The notes beneath the pieces are model-generated. The model was not told where the DNA came from and made no database searches. It saw only the letters and a list, made by a program, of their open reading frames with translations. DNA of 64,000 nt from Octopus sinensis (lineage: Eukaryota): assembly GCF_006345805.1 (NCBI RefSeq), contig NC_043013.1, positions 29,574,001 through 29,638,000 of the forward strand, given 5' to 3'. Positions 52,223-64,000 of the stretch are shown here, piece by piece. Numbering within the stretch: the first letter of the stretch is position 1; each line of letters starts with the position of its first letter. Both the position numbers and the translations under genes were made by a program.

Positions 52223-52802
52223 TTAATGCAAGAAAAAATATAAAAACAGACGTGTCTCACAAGTGAGTAAATTTGGTTTTTAGGTTCTGAAACCATAAAT
52301 TTCTAATTAAATCAATGAAAGATGTGTGGTTGTCACAAACGTTTGATTATCCTTTTGCTTTTTGTTTTTTTTGGGTTTTTTTTATATCTCAGTTGTCTTA
52401 AAGAAGAGCTGGAACTTCGGTTTTAGCAGAGGGATTGCAAATGTTACCATGAAACCTGTAATATCCAAATGTAATGAATTATTATCATAATTTTTTTTAG
52501 CTTTTTGCAATAATTCCACTTGAGCTGTCTTTCTTGATTGAAAATAAAATTTAAAAAAAAAAAGGAAAATAAACTAAAGTCTAATTTGAATGAATTGGGA
52601 AATTATTTTCAAAAGCATTGTTTACAATGAAACAAACAAAATTTCATCTCAAATAATTAATTAAATAATAAATGACATGTCACATATGACAAAAGCATCT
52701 TAATAGATTGATACAATTTCATTCTCATTTTTGTGTCCATTTGAGATTTCAATGTCCTATTTTAATGAAGGAATTCCTTTCTTTCTTTCTTTCTTTCTTT
52801 CT

Positions 52803-52842
<40 letters not shown>

Positions 52843-52944
52843 TCGTTCTTTCCCCAAACAAGGGAGATAACTTCCCTGGAATACTTGTAAGAAAAAATTA
52901 AAAAAGCGGAAACTTGTTAAGCTGACTTCTTTATTTTTCAGCTT

Positions 52945-54420
52945 GTAGGTTAGGTCAGGTCAGATGTGGGCAGATGTGCTGTTCCAGCACTTGCTGCATT
53001 CACTGTTTGTCAGTATATTGTTACGTGTGTTTGGAACCCACAGCGCTTCCAGAACTCTGTTTCGCTGACTTGGGCAGGTCTTCCCGAAGAACCTCATGTC
53101 ACCAGAAATCTCAGCCCATTGTCATTTCTGCCATGAGGCCCAACATTCTGGGATTGGTCTTCACCACTTCATCCCATGTCTTCGTGGGTCTCCCTCTTCC
53201 ACAGGTTCCATCCACCTTCAGTGATCAGCACTTCTTTATACAGTTATCTTCATTCATATGCATCACTTGTCCAAACCAATGTAGTCTTCTCTCTTGCATG
53301 CTGCATTTGATTCCTCTTATGCCCAAATTTTCTCTCAATACTTTTGCATTTTGTTGTGCATGTACACTGATGTTGTACACCCAGTAGTGCATACTGCCTT
53401 CATTTCTCTCCTGTCTACACATGCCTTCTACATTCAGAGCCCGTGTCTCACTACCATGGAGTACAGCCATTCACACACAAGCACCATACAATATTCCTTT
53501 CGCTCTGAGAGAGAGATTCCATTTGTTGCCAACAGAGGTAATTGCTCTCTGAAGTTCCGCCATCCTATTCTTATTCTAGAAACAATACTTTCAGAACATT
53601 TTCCACCATTGCTAATTTGGTCACCTGGGTAACAGAAACTATCTACAACCTCAAAAGAACCACCTGGGCACTTGAAAGAGTCTAATTCCTGTGTGACCTT
53701 ACTGCTTATTGTTCCTGCTTATCTGCCACACATGATAACGACTTTATCTGTTAATCTACCTGAGATTCCACTTCACCTTTTATGTGTCCATAGCTTACAC
53801 TGGGTGCACTGAATGGAATTATTTCCAACTCCTTTCCTACATATTGAGCAGGGACATTTACCCAATGGAAAGAGAGTCTTATCTGCTTTCTTGCTAACAA
53901 CTTTGGTCTTTGTGAGGTCAACTTCAAGGCCCTTTGATTCCAGGTTTTGCTTCCATACCTGAACTTTCTTCTGCAATAAAAGCGAGGTCATTGGCATAAA
54001 GTAGTTCTCTCAGGCAGCCAGTTTTGAATTCCTCTGTTATGGCCTGGAGGACTAATAACAAATAAGAGTAGGGGGAGAACTGAATCTTGTTGAACCCCTG
54101 CTTGTATACTAATTTCATCACTGTATTCATGGTTGACTCTCATCTTACTGACTGCACCACTGTATGTAGCTTGTACAGCTCTAACAAGCCAGCCCTCTAT
54201 TCTTAACTTCCTTAGAGACCACCAGATAACAGAGTTGGGGGCTCCATTGTGAACTTTCTCCAATTCGACGAAAGCTAAGTACAATGGCTTACTTTTGGTA
54301 AAATACTTTTCCTGTAGCTGTCTCACTAGGAAGATGGCATCTGTGGTACTCTTCCCAGGTACAATATAAAACTGCATCTCATCTAGTTGAATTCTATTCC
54401 TAATTAATTGAGCTATAATT
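52945..54420 (-). mobile_element. 5'-truncated degenerate RTE LINE (RT domain + C-terminus)
   Basis: PGKSTTDAIFLVRQLQEKY..LYLAFVELEK..YANDL..LHGSETRAL..ERRLHWFGQV, with frameshifts. Confidence 0.9.
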
Positions 54421-57400
54421 CTCTCAGATTATACTTTAATCCTTTAACATTCAGATTACTCTGTCAAGTGTACTGTTTATTCTCATTGTTTGAATTAATC
54501 ATCTGATATCTGATAGCTTCCTGATTTCAGTGTTGTGATTGATTATTTTTAGAATGACATTGTAGGGCAGGTGTGAGAGGTCAGATCGAGTTGGTTTAAT
54601 TGCTAAAGAATTAAATTAAATTTAATTAAACAGTCTGGTGTTTGGAGAATGCCTCAACTTAAGTATTGGGAAGATCCTTGATAAATGACCTGAAAAACAT
54701 CCATGTCTGAAATATTGGTTTCAAATTTTAGCATAAGGCCAGCAGTTTCAAGGGAGGGAGTAAGTTGATTATTTTCATCCCCCGTGTTCAACTGGAACTT
54801 ATTTTATTGATCCTGAAAGGATGAAAAGTGAAGTCAACCCTGGCAACATTTGAACACAGAATATAAAGATGGATGGAATGCCAGCATGTTGACTATTCCT
54901 CCAGCTGGCCACCCTCCCTGTCCTTGCCTGAAATATTAGAATTCTTTTCTTCTTAAGTGGTACACTAACACTGTTGATTTAAAAAAAAAAATTGCTTTTG
55001 TTCACAAATGGCGGTGCCCCAGCATGGCCACACCTCGTGAGCTGAAACTAGATAAAATAAAATAAAATAAAATAAAAGTGAACTAATTTGAATTTTATCA
55101 ACTTAAACAACCAGTAGTTTTTTTTTAAAGCCTATTGTTTAACCTGAGAAATGATTTATTACATAGAAAAAAAAGTGTTTAAGAATAGCTAAAATTGGAC
55201 AATATTTCTATTCAGTTTTATACTGTCACTAACGAATTCCTTAGGATTAAAAAAAAAAAATAAAGAATTACCTGTAGTAATCATTTGGAAAATCTGGTGC
55301 CAGTGATGGATGATTTGTTGAAAATACTCTCTTCACATTTTAATTTTTTCAGCCAATTGAAAAAAGAAAATCATTGTTGTGGAAAAAAGTAATCTGTTAT
55401 GATGATGACGATGATAATAACAATAAAGCCACTTGTGATTGATTTCTGACAAGATATAGCACTGACAACTTCAGTATCTTAGTACATAAAGTGCTAATCT
55501 TGCGATATGTGTCATGTTTTGCTTGGATGGCTTCTGGCTTCCCTATTAGAAGGAGAAAGCAGTGTTAGTGCTGAGAGAAATGAAAGAGAGAAAGTATCAT
55601 AAAGGGAGGTAAATTAGACAAATGGATAGGTGAGAGATTGACAGTGTAGGATGAAGAGGGAATAGGAGAGAGAAATTTGTGAATGATATTAAATTGAGAG
55701 AAACAGAAGTGAAACAGAAGTGAAAGGATGAAAACTGATTTTCACACAGACATACAAAGACACATGCACACACATACATATATCTGTTTTTAATGGTGGA
55801 ATTGGAATTAGATAAAGCTAAAAATAATAACATGTAAATATTGTGTTAAAAAGCTCTTTGGATGGAAAAAGTTGAAGCCTGCTTCTGGGACTTGAACTCA
55901 CATCTTTTGACTCACAAAGTTTCTAAATACTTATGATGTCAGCAAAATATATATATCATCATCATCATCATCATCATCATCATTTAGCGTCCGTTCTCCA
56001 TGCTAGCATGGGTTGGACGGTTCAACTGGGGTCTGTGAAGCTGGAAGGCTTCATCAGGCCCAGTCAGATCTGGCAGTGTTTCTACGGCTGGATGCCCTTC
56101 CTAACGCCAACCACTCCGTGAGTGTAGTGGGTGCTTTTTACATGCCACCGACACGGGGGCCAGACAGAGCTGGCAAACGGACATGAACAGATGGTGCTTT
56201 TACGTGCCACCGACACGGAGGCTAGACGGGGCGGCGCTGGCAATGACCATAATAGCGAGAGAGAGAGAGAAGAAGAAGAAGTATATTAGTGAATCAGTGA
56301 GAAAAATGAAGAGTGAACAGAGGTAATGAAGCAGAGTTTGAAGCAAAAATTCTAAGAAATGCTACAAAGTGCCTGATATAAACCCCATCATTTTTGACAG
56401 GTACTAAGCTAGTAATATGACAAAATTTCACTGACAAAAGAATTCTGATTTCAAAAGTTTTAAACTCACCACCTCCATGGCTCTACACCACATCCTACAT
56501 GTTTTCAAAAGTATAGGTCGCAACACGATACAATTAGCAGTTAATAATAACACAATAAGAAAGCAATGAGCTGGTGGAATTGTTAACATGCTGGGCAAAA
56601 TGCTTAGCAGTATTTCATCTGTTTTTACATTCTGAGTTCAAATTCCACCAAGGTTGACTTTGCCTTACCTCCTCTCCAGAAATTGCTGGCCTCATGCCAA
56701 AATTTGAAACCAATAATAACAGAATAGGTGTTAAAAGATTTCTTTTTTTGACATTGTTGACACATCTCACTGGTAATGCCATCTTCATATTTCTTTAGTG
56801 GGGACCCTTTTAACCTGTGATGTGTTGCCTAGGTAGACAGTGCCTACCCTGAATAAAATAGATTGGCAGCAACACTTTCCTCTCATGGCAAAATATGCAG
56901 TTCATTCAATAAAATTATGAAGGTTAGGTTAGTCTGATTACGATGCATAAAATGCAAAATGTATTATCTTTTTATTGATTAGGTAGGCATAATTCGCCCC
57001 TACTTTTCAATCTCAGTATTTAAGCTACGTATAGTACTGGTGTACTACAAGTGCTTCATATATTTCTACAACACCGTTTTCTTTACATGCTATAAGGACA
57101 GAAATAAATCATGTAGAAAATCATATTAAGGATTTCATGTTTGGAAACAGCTGACATCATTGTTGTTGTTTAACACCAGGTCAACTCTGATCAAATGATC
57201 ATATCATCCAAAGTATTCCAGCCAGTCATGACCATCCCATTTTTTGTCTTAAATGCAGGGAACTCATGATCATAGTATATAACATGTCCTATCCTAAGAC
57301 AGTTGGTTTTAATTTGAAATAATTTAGCTTTTTTTTTTATTATTAGTAGTTAAATGATCAGCCACATATTTTCTCATAGTCTCAATGGAATTTGTTGTTG

Positions 57401-58769
57401 TTGTTGTTGTTGCTGTTGAGCAAACGGTCTTCGTCCCAGAGCTCGCAAGATGGGAGAAGTCCGAAATATGGTCCTTTGCTATTTGTAAGACCTGCAGAAA
57501 AGAAAGCAGGTCAACCCCCGACATCGAGAGCATCGACGGATGGCTGAATGTGCATCCAGGCTCAGCGGATGCATAGGAAGTTGAGGACAAGAAACAGGAA
57601 GAAAGAGTGAGAGAAAGTTGGAGCGAAAGAGTACAACAGGGGTCACCACCACCCCCTGCCAGAGCCTCGTGGAGCTTTAGGTGTTTTCACTCAATAAACA
57701 CACACAACATACATATATATACATATCCCTCTCTCTCTTTCGGAGAGGCACAAGCACCTACACGCACATATACACACACGGCAGTAACTTCCGCCTGCCG
57801 AATTCAATCACAAAGCTTCGGTCGGCTCGGGGCTATAGCAGAAGACACCTACCCAAAGTGCCTCGCAGTGGGACTGAACCCGAAACCATGTAGCTAGGAA
57901 GCAAGCTCCCTAACCACACAGCCATGCCCATGTATATTTCTACATTAGAAAGAGTATTCTTTTACAGTCTTTCAGTTGTGAATGATGTAAAATTCTGGTT
58001 AAAAATCTCGTTCTGCATTCACATGATTTAGAAGAGAGGAAAACTGGGAATCGAAACCACGATCCTCTGACTGCGAGTCCGCTGCTCTAACCATTGGGCT
58101 ATTGCGCCTCCACTGTTGCTGCTGTTGAGCACCAGTTCAATTATTACCAAGCTTTGATTGAAAGGTGTTCCAGCTGAGACCTTGTCCCTTACTCTATTGA
58201 TAATGCCCCTAAAACCTAAAGGAAAAAAAAAATTGGTGTTTAAGCCAGGTCAGCCTGACCCAGAGAGTCTATGATAAAAGGCAATCTAGCCATGACCATC
58301 CGATTTTTATAAAACTCTAGAACACCTAAGGCAACAATATCTAATATCGTTATTCTCTTTTGAAACAGTGTAGTGTTATTTGTAACATGTCAAGAGGACC
58401 TTACATTTACTTGGAAAACAATACGTTACACAGATTTATGAGCCCTTGATCACCTGCCAATAAATAGAAATTGTACTTGCATGATCTCCATGATCTCTGC
58501 CGAATTAAAATTCTATGTTTTTGGTTTTCAATTGTTGCTTTTAATTTTAGAACTGTTTAATGTATTTTGTATGATTTTTATTCACCTTTGTTTGTTTGTT
58601 TGTTTGTTTGTTGCTTTCTTTCTTTCTTCCTCTGAATAGGCGACTATTGTTGCACTACTTCAAATGATATTTAAAAAACATGATAATCTGTACATAGATT
58701 TTGAATTAATGTGATACTGAGAAGGGGAAATGTTAAGAATTGTTATATTTATTGATAGCACCAGGAAAG

Positions 58770-59290
<521 letters not shown>

Positions 59291-59563
59291 TTAATAAGAG
59301 TATTCTTTTACAGTCTTTCAGTTGTGAATGATGCAAAATTATGGTTAAAAATCTCGTTCTGCATTCGCATGATTTAGAAGTGAGGCAAACTGGAAACACA
59401 AAAGTATTTAATTCCTTTGATATTGTGATGTTTATTTTCCATTTTCAAAAATAATTCGGTTCTTGATTTAAATTTTAAAAAATAAAAGGATAAAGGAAAT
59501 AAAAGAGAAATCTTTACTTGTTATTGGCGAATCAACCATAAGCAAGTAATAATAATTTTAAAT

Positions 59564-59805
59564 AAGTTCCATATTTGAGAGATGTACATTATTTACATTA
59601 TTTACATTTGATGGATATTTGTCCTCATCTTGTTTGTTGTTAACACAACATTTTGGCTGATATACCCTCCAGCCTTCATCAGGTGTTCTGGGGGAATTTT
59701 GAACCTGGGTTCTCATTGCTATGGTATTATTCAGTTCACTGCCTGGAACTGAACTCGGAATCTTGGGGTTAGTAGACCACACTCTTAACCACTGTGCCAT
59801 ATGCC
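59564..59805 (-). mobile_element. SINE family H (tRNA head + PLE-type hammerhead tail)
   Basis: Sense TGGCACAGTGGTTAAG...GAGTTCAGTTCC...AACAC-CTGATGA-AGGCTG-GAGGGTATAT-CAGCC-AAAATGTT-GTGTT. Confidence 0.7.
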
Positions 59806-60017
59806 TATGGGCAATTTTGGAGCGAATTTTAGAGCTTATAAATCTAATATTTTCCTATCCTTCCCATATGCTACCCATATCTGCACTATGTCTGCTTAGG
59901 AGGTTATTGTGACTTGCATATGTGCTGCCTCTTTTAGTTTTCATATTTTCCAGTGGTGTTCTCTGTCTATTATTTTAACTTCATCCCACGGGGGAAGGCA
60001 GTCTCCATTTATCCATA

Positions 60018-60146
60018 CCTTAGGAATGAGAACCCAAGTTCAAAATTCTCCCAGGACACCTGATGAAGGCTGGAGAGTACATCAGCCGAAAAGTGTTAAC
60101 AACAAAGATGAGGACAAATATCTGTCAAATGTAAATAATGTAAATT
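60018..60146 (+). mobile_element. Tail-only copy of family H
   Basis: GACAC-CTGATGA-AGGCTG-GAGAGTACAT-CAGCC-GAAA-A-GTGTT (60055-60097). Confidence 0.7.
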
Positions 60147-60235
60147 TTAAGGAAAATTCTCGAGATTTAAGGAGGTGTTTTTTCACCAAACATCAAGATA
60201 AAATACCTCATAACTAAACTAGCTTGCTTTAGTGC

Positions 60236-60377
60236 AATAATAATAATAATGATGATGATAATAATAATAATAATAATAATAATGATAATAATAATAATAA
60301 TAGTAATAATAATAATAATAATAGTAATAATAATAATAATAATAGTAATAATAATAATAATGATAGTAATAATAATA

Positions 60378-60432
<55 letters not shown>
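60236..60432. repeat. (AAT)n microsatellite with 21-bp higher-order periodicity from AGT/GAT variant units
   Basis: AGT variants recur at about 21-bp spacing from about 60302 to 60387. Confidence 0.9.
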
Positions 60433-60433
<1 letters not shown>

Positions 60434-60866
60434 CCTTTCTACTATAGGCACAAGGCCTGAAATTTGGGGGAGAGAGATAGTCAATTACATTAACCCCAGT
60501 ACTCAACTGGTACTTATTTTATCGACCCCGAAAGGATGACAGTCAAAGTCAACCTTGGTGGAATGTGAACTCAGATCATAGCAACGGGCAAAATACCGTT
60601 AAGCATTTGCACTGTGTGCTAGTGATTCTGCCAGCTTGCCACATCAATAATAATAATAATTTCTACTCTAGGCACAAGGCCCGAAATTTTTGGGGAGGAG
60701 GTTAGTCGATTAGATTGATCCCAGTACTCAACTGGTACTTATCGACCCCGAAAGAATGAAAGGCAAAGTAGAACTTGGTGGAATTTGAACTCAGAATGTA
60801 AAGAATGACAAAATACCGCTAAGCATTTTGCCCGGCATGCTAATGATTCTGCCAGCTCACCACCAC
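60433..60866 (-). mobile_element. Two head-to-tail SINE B variants bounded by (AAT)n
   Basis: Copies at about 60433-60645 and 60660-60866; (AAT)n at 60236-60432, 60646-60659 and 60868-60923. Confidence 0.8.
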
Positions 60867-60867
60867 C

Positions 60868-60923
<56 letters not shown>

Positions 60924-62030
60924 GACGTAGATCGCCTTTACCTTCCCAGAGCCCAAGGAGGTCGAGGCCTGATCCAATTTGAACTAGCTTACAAAACAAC
61001 CACAATTGGACTGGCCAAATATCTCGAAATATCGAATGACTGGATGCTGAAGCTCGTGGAAAATCACGAGAGACGAAAGAAGCTTCATTCTATAATAAAG
61101 GAAAGCAAGAAATTTGCTACTGATCTCGTGTAGGATACCCAAACTGAACAACCCGAGGGAAGTACGGCAACTATTGTTGCAAAGAAGGTGAAAATGATGG
61201 CAATGAAAAAAGCGCACAAGCAATTGGCTGATAGGTGGGAAGAGAAACCTCTGCACGGCAAATATGTGACCTGCAGGAAACAAGCTGATGTTGACCAGAA
61301 GCAAACCCATCAGTGGCTACGGAGCTCAGGGCTAAAAGCAGAGAGCGAAGGTTTCATCCTGGCTGCTCAAGATCAAAGCCTATTAACCCAGAACTACCAG
61401 GCCAATGTGATGAAAAATGGAGCAGACCCAAAATGCCGATTCTGCAACGACATGATTGAAACAGTGGACCACCTAATCTCTGGATGTAAAGTCTTAGCAC
61501 CAGTGGAGTATAAATTAAGACATGACAGAGTTGGCCAATATCTCCACTGGCTAATAAGTCGGCATTACATATCAAAACTGCCGACAAGTGGTATAATCAC
61601 CACCCTGAGGCTGTAACTGAAGGAGAAAATGTAACCATTCTGTGGGACTTTCCAGTACATACAGACCGAACCATCAAGGCCAATAAACCAGATATTGTTG
61701 TGAAAGACCAAAACAATAAAGTTTGCTTATTGATCGACATGAGCATCCCCTGTGATCATAATATCTCAGCGAAAGAGTTTGACAAGCTCAGAAAATATAA
61801 AGACCTACTCATTGAAATTGAGAAAATGTGGCATCTCAAGGCGGTTACAATACCAGTGATCGTAGGAGCACTAGGAATGATCAAGAAGGGAACCGAAAAT
61901 TATATGAGAATGATCCCTGGCTTACCATCCCTGCAAGAAGTGCAAAAGATTGTCTTAACTGGTACATCACACGTATTGAGAAGAGCATTGTCGATGTGAG
62001 AACTGTTGCTGCTCATGTATTTTAATTTAA

Positions 62031-62061
<31 letters not shown>

Positions 62062-62180
62062 TGAACGAACTACTGAGTTTGGTTTAATGGCCTACCAATG
62101 TATACTATGAGTTTCTTTGCCCTAGGAGTCGGGAAGACACTCGGCAAGAAATGGAAGCAAATTTGAAAGAAGAAGAAAAA
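60924..62180 (+). mobile_element. 5'-truncated R4/Dong-clade non-LTR retrotransposon inserted in (TAA)n
   Basis: DVDRLYLPRAQGGRGL, EGFILAAQDQ, CRFC..ETVDHLISGC zinc knuckle, KPDIV..LIDMSIP..K..KY endonuclease; one in-frame TAG (61131) and one frameshift (about 61570); stop at 61999; (TAA)n on both sides. Confidence 0.9.
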
Positions 62181-62906
62181 TAATAGTAATAATAATAATA
62201 ATAATAATAATGTATAAAATATTTGATGATTAATTTCAAAAGTAAATATTTTACATGTGTCTAAATTATAGTGAAAAGTTCAAAGGCTGAACAAAAAAGA
62301 GAAAAACAAACGCTTTTTTCAAAATTATATTTTGGTAGCCCATAAAGAATTGCTTCCTGTAAAAGAAAACCATTTCTAATAATAGTGTTTCTAACCCAGG
62401 TGCAAGGTCAGAAATTTTGAGAAAGGGTTAAGTTAGCTTTTGAAGTTAAGGGAAAGTTGGTTAAATCAACTCAAGTATTTGATTAATACCTATAATGTTT
62501 GCAAGCAAGATTTCATTTTCCCTAAGTTTGACAATTCTTTTTTTAATGGAAGACTGGAAACAACCTCAATTGTATGACGATGACACTTATTTACAACCAT
62601 TCCATAATGTCTAGATAAGGATACATGCTGAAATTCATACACATGCATACACATACACACACAAACATACAGATACACACAAGGAAACAGACAGAATGGA
62701 AAAACAATGGTCTTCTTTCAGTTTCCCTCAAATCCAATCATGTGGCTTTTATCAGCCCTGGGCTATAGTAACAAGGCAGTTAATTTTGGTGCTGCACATT
62801 GAAATTGAACCCAAGTATACATAGTTGAGAAGCTTGCTTCTTAACCACATCACCATGCCTGTGCTTATACATGTAGCAAAAGATATTCACATCAAAATGC
62901 CAAATA

Positions 62907-63139
62907 CAGGGTTGGCCAAAAGTCACCTGACAGTAAATCAAAACCATTTAATTCCGAGATTTATTTATGTTTAACAACTGAATGAATTTAATAAAAGCAT
63001 CTAAATATGAAACATCATGAAAATAGTTCAAACTGAAGTCCTTCTTAACCAACACATTTTTCCATTTGAGTCAATACAGAATTACAAATAGTATTTATGG
63101 AATTTTGATTTACTGTCGGGTGACTTCTGGCCAAACTTG
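62907..63139. mobile_element. Tc1/mariner-type MITE (233 bp), TA TSD, TIRs of about 37 bp
   Basis: TA|CAGGGTTGGCCAAAAGTCACCTGACAGTAAATCAAAA ... TTTTGATTTACTGTCGGGTGACTTCTGGCCAAACTTG|TA. Confidence 0.85.
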
Positions 63140-64000
63140 TATAGTATTAAAACATATACACATGCATACACATGTACCCACCTATATACAGCAGGTTTAT
63201 TTCAGTTCCTATCTATCAAACCTATTCACAAGGCTTTGGTTTGCCTAGAAATATAGTAGAGAACCCTTGCCCAACGAGCAATGCAGTGAAACTGATCCTG
63301 AAATTATGTGGTTAGGAAGCAAGCTTCTTTATTTTATTAAATTTGCCATAAAGGCAGTACATAGAGTATGGTAGCTTGTGAGCTGGACACGGACATTAAT
63401 GAGATGATTGATAATTATACAAGGATGATAAGGATGATAAGGATGGGAGAAGACGAAAAGTGCCCGCCGACTTTTGCTTCTCTAAAACATTGTTCTTTCA
63501 AATATCATACTGAGGCAATAAACCTCTTACACAGTTGAAAAATCACATTAATGAGGCAATAAACCTCTTACATTTTTGCTACACCACACAACCAAACTTA
63601 TGTCTGTATGGTATTGATAATTTTATTTTTACATACAACTTCGCATAATAAAACATGGTATGCAATAGTTTCTTCCATTTTTTACCAATGCTTTAACTTT
63701 AAAAGCAGCTTTCTTTTTACCTTTGCATGTGAAGTATGTCATTGTATTTTAACTTTCTTTGTAAAGTAAATTTTTTGTGTGATCTCATAGTTTGAAAACC
63801 ATAGCAACCAGTGTGTAATTTGATAGTAATATGACTTGTGCATTTTAACCAAAACCGGGTATCTTATAGTCGTGATTCATATCGAGCCCTTCTGGGTATT
63901 AGCGTGCGTCTACAATGAGTCTACGATTTTAGAAAAAAATTTACCATCAATTTTTCCCATTTTTAATGCATTTTTGGCATATATAAGGGAAGTAACTCTC

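Noticed and set aside
52390-52460. Plus-strand candidate micro-exons with good acceptors (here, about 50245-50272 and about 55331-55366) as B9D1 exons
   Set aside because: Their translations do not resemble B9D1, and such signals are expected by chance in T-rich introns
60167-60539. Poly-Ile and poly-Tyr ORFs
   Set aside because: Translation of the (AAT)n microsatellite

Overview
AT-rich, microsatellite-dense animal genomic DNA. The SINE repertoire and the (TA)n/(CATA)n/(AAT)n load resemble coleoid cephalopod (octopus-like) genomes, which is an inference. Two ciliary genes lie head-to-head. CFAP20 (BUG22) is complete on the minus strand: 5 coding exons from 27083 to 9888, 192 aa, all introns GT-AG. 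B9D1 (MKS transition-zone module) shows only its first coding exon, on the plus strand at 34818. Both have RFX X-box-like motifs near their starts. The rest is layered repeats: several tRNA-derived SINE families, RTE LINE fragments, relics of three restriction-like-endonuclease retrotransposon clades (R4/Dong, CRE, HERO), Tc1 and mariner relics, and TTAA-, TA- and hAT-type MITEs. There is also a tRNA-Leu pseudogene fused to an RTE 3' UTR and a truncated U2 snRNA copy. The most interesting observations are (i) a tRNA-headed SINE whose tail carries a Penelope-type minimal hammerhead ribozyme core, arranged as divergent pairs at two loci, (ii) a Ser(AGC) at a normally Gly position of CFAP20 that one A-to-I edit would restore, and (iii) a piggyBac-type MITE carrying an 11 x 109-bp internal satellite. 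Most ORF-track entries are microsatellite or SINE artefacts.
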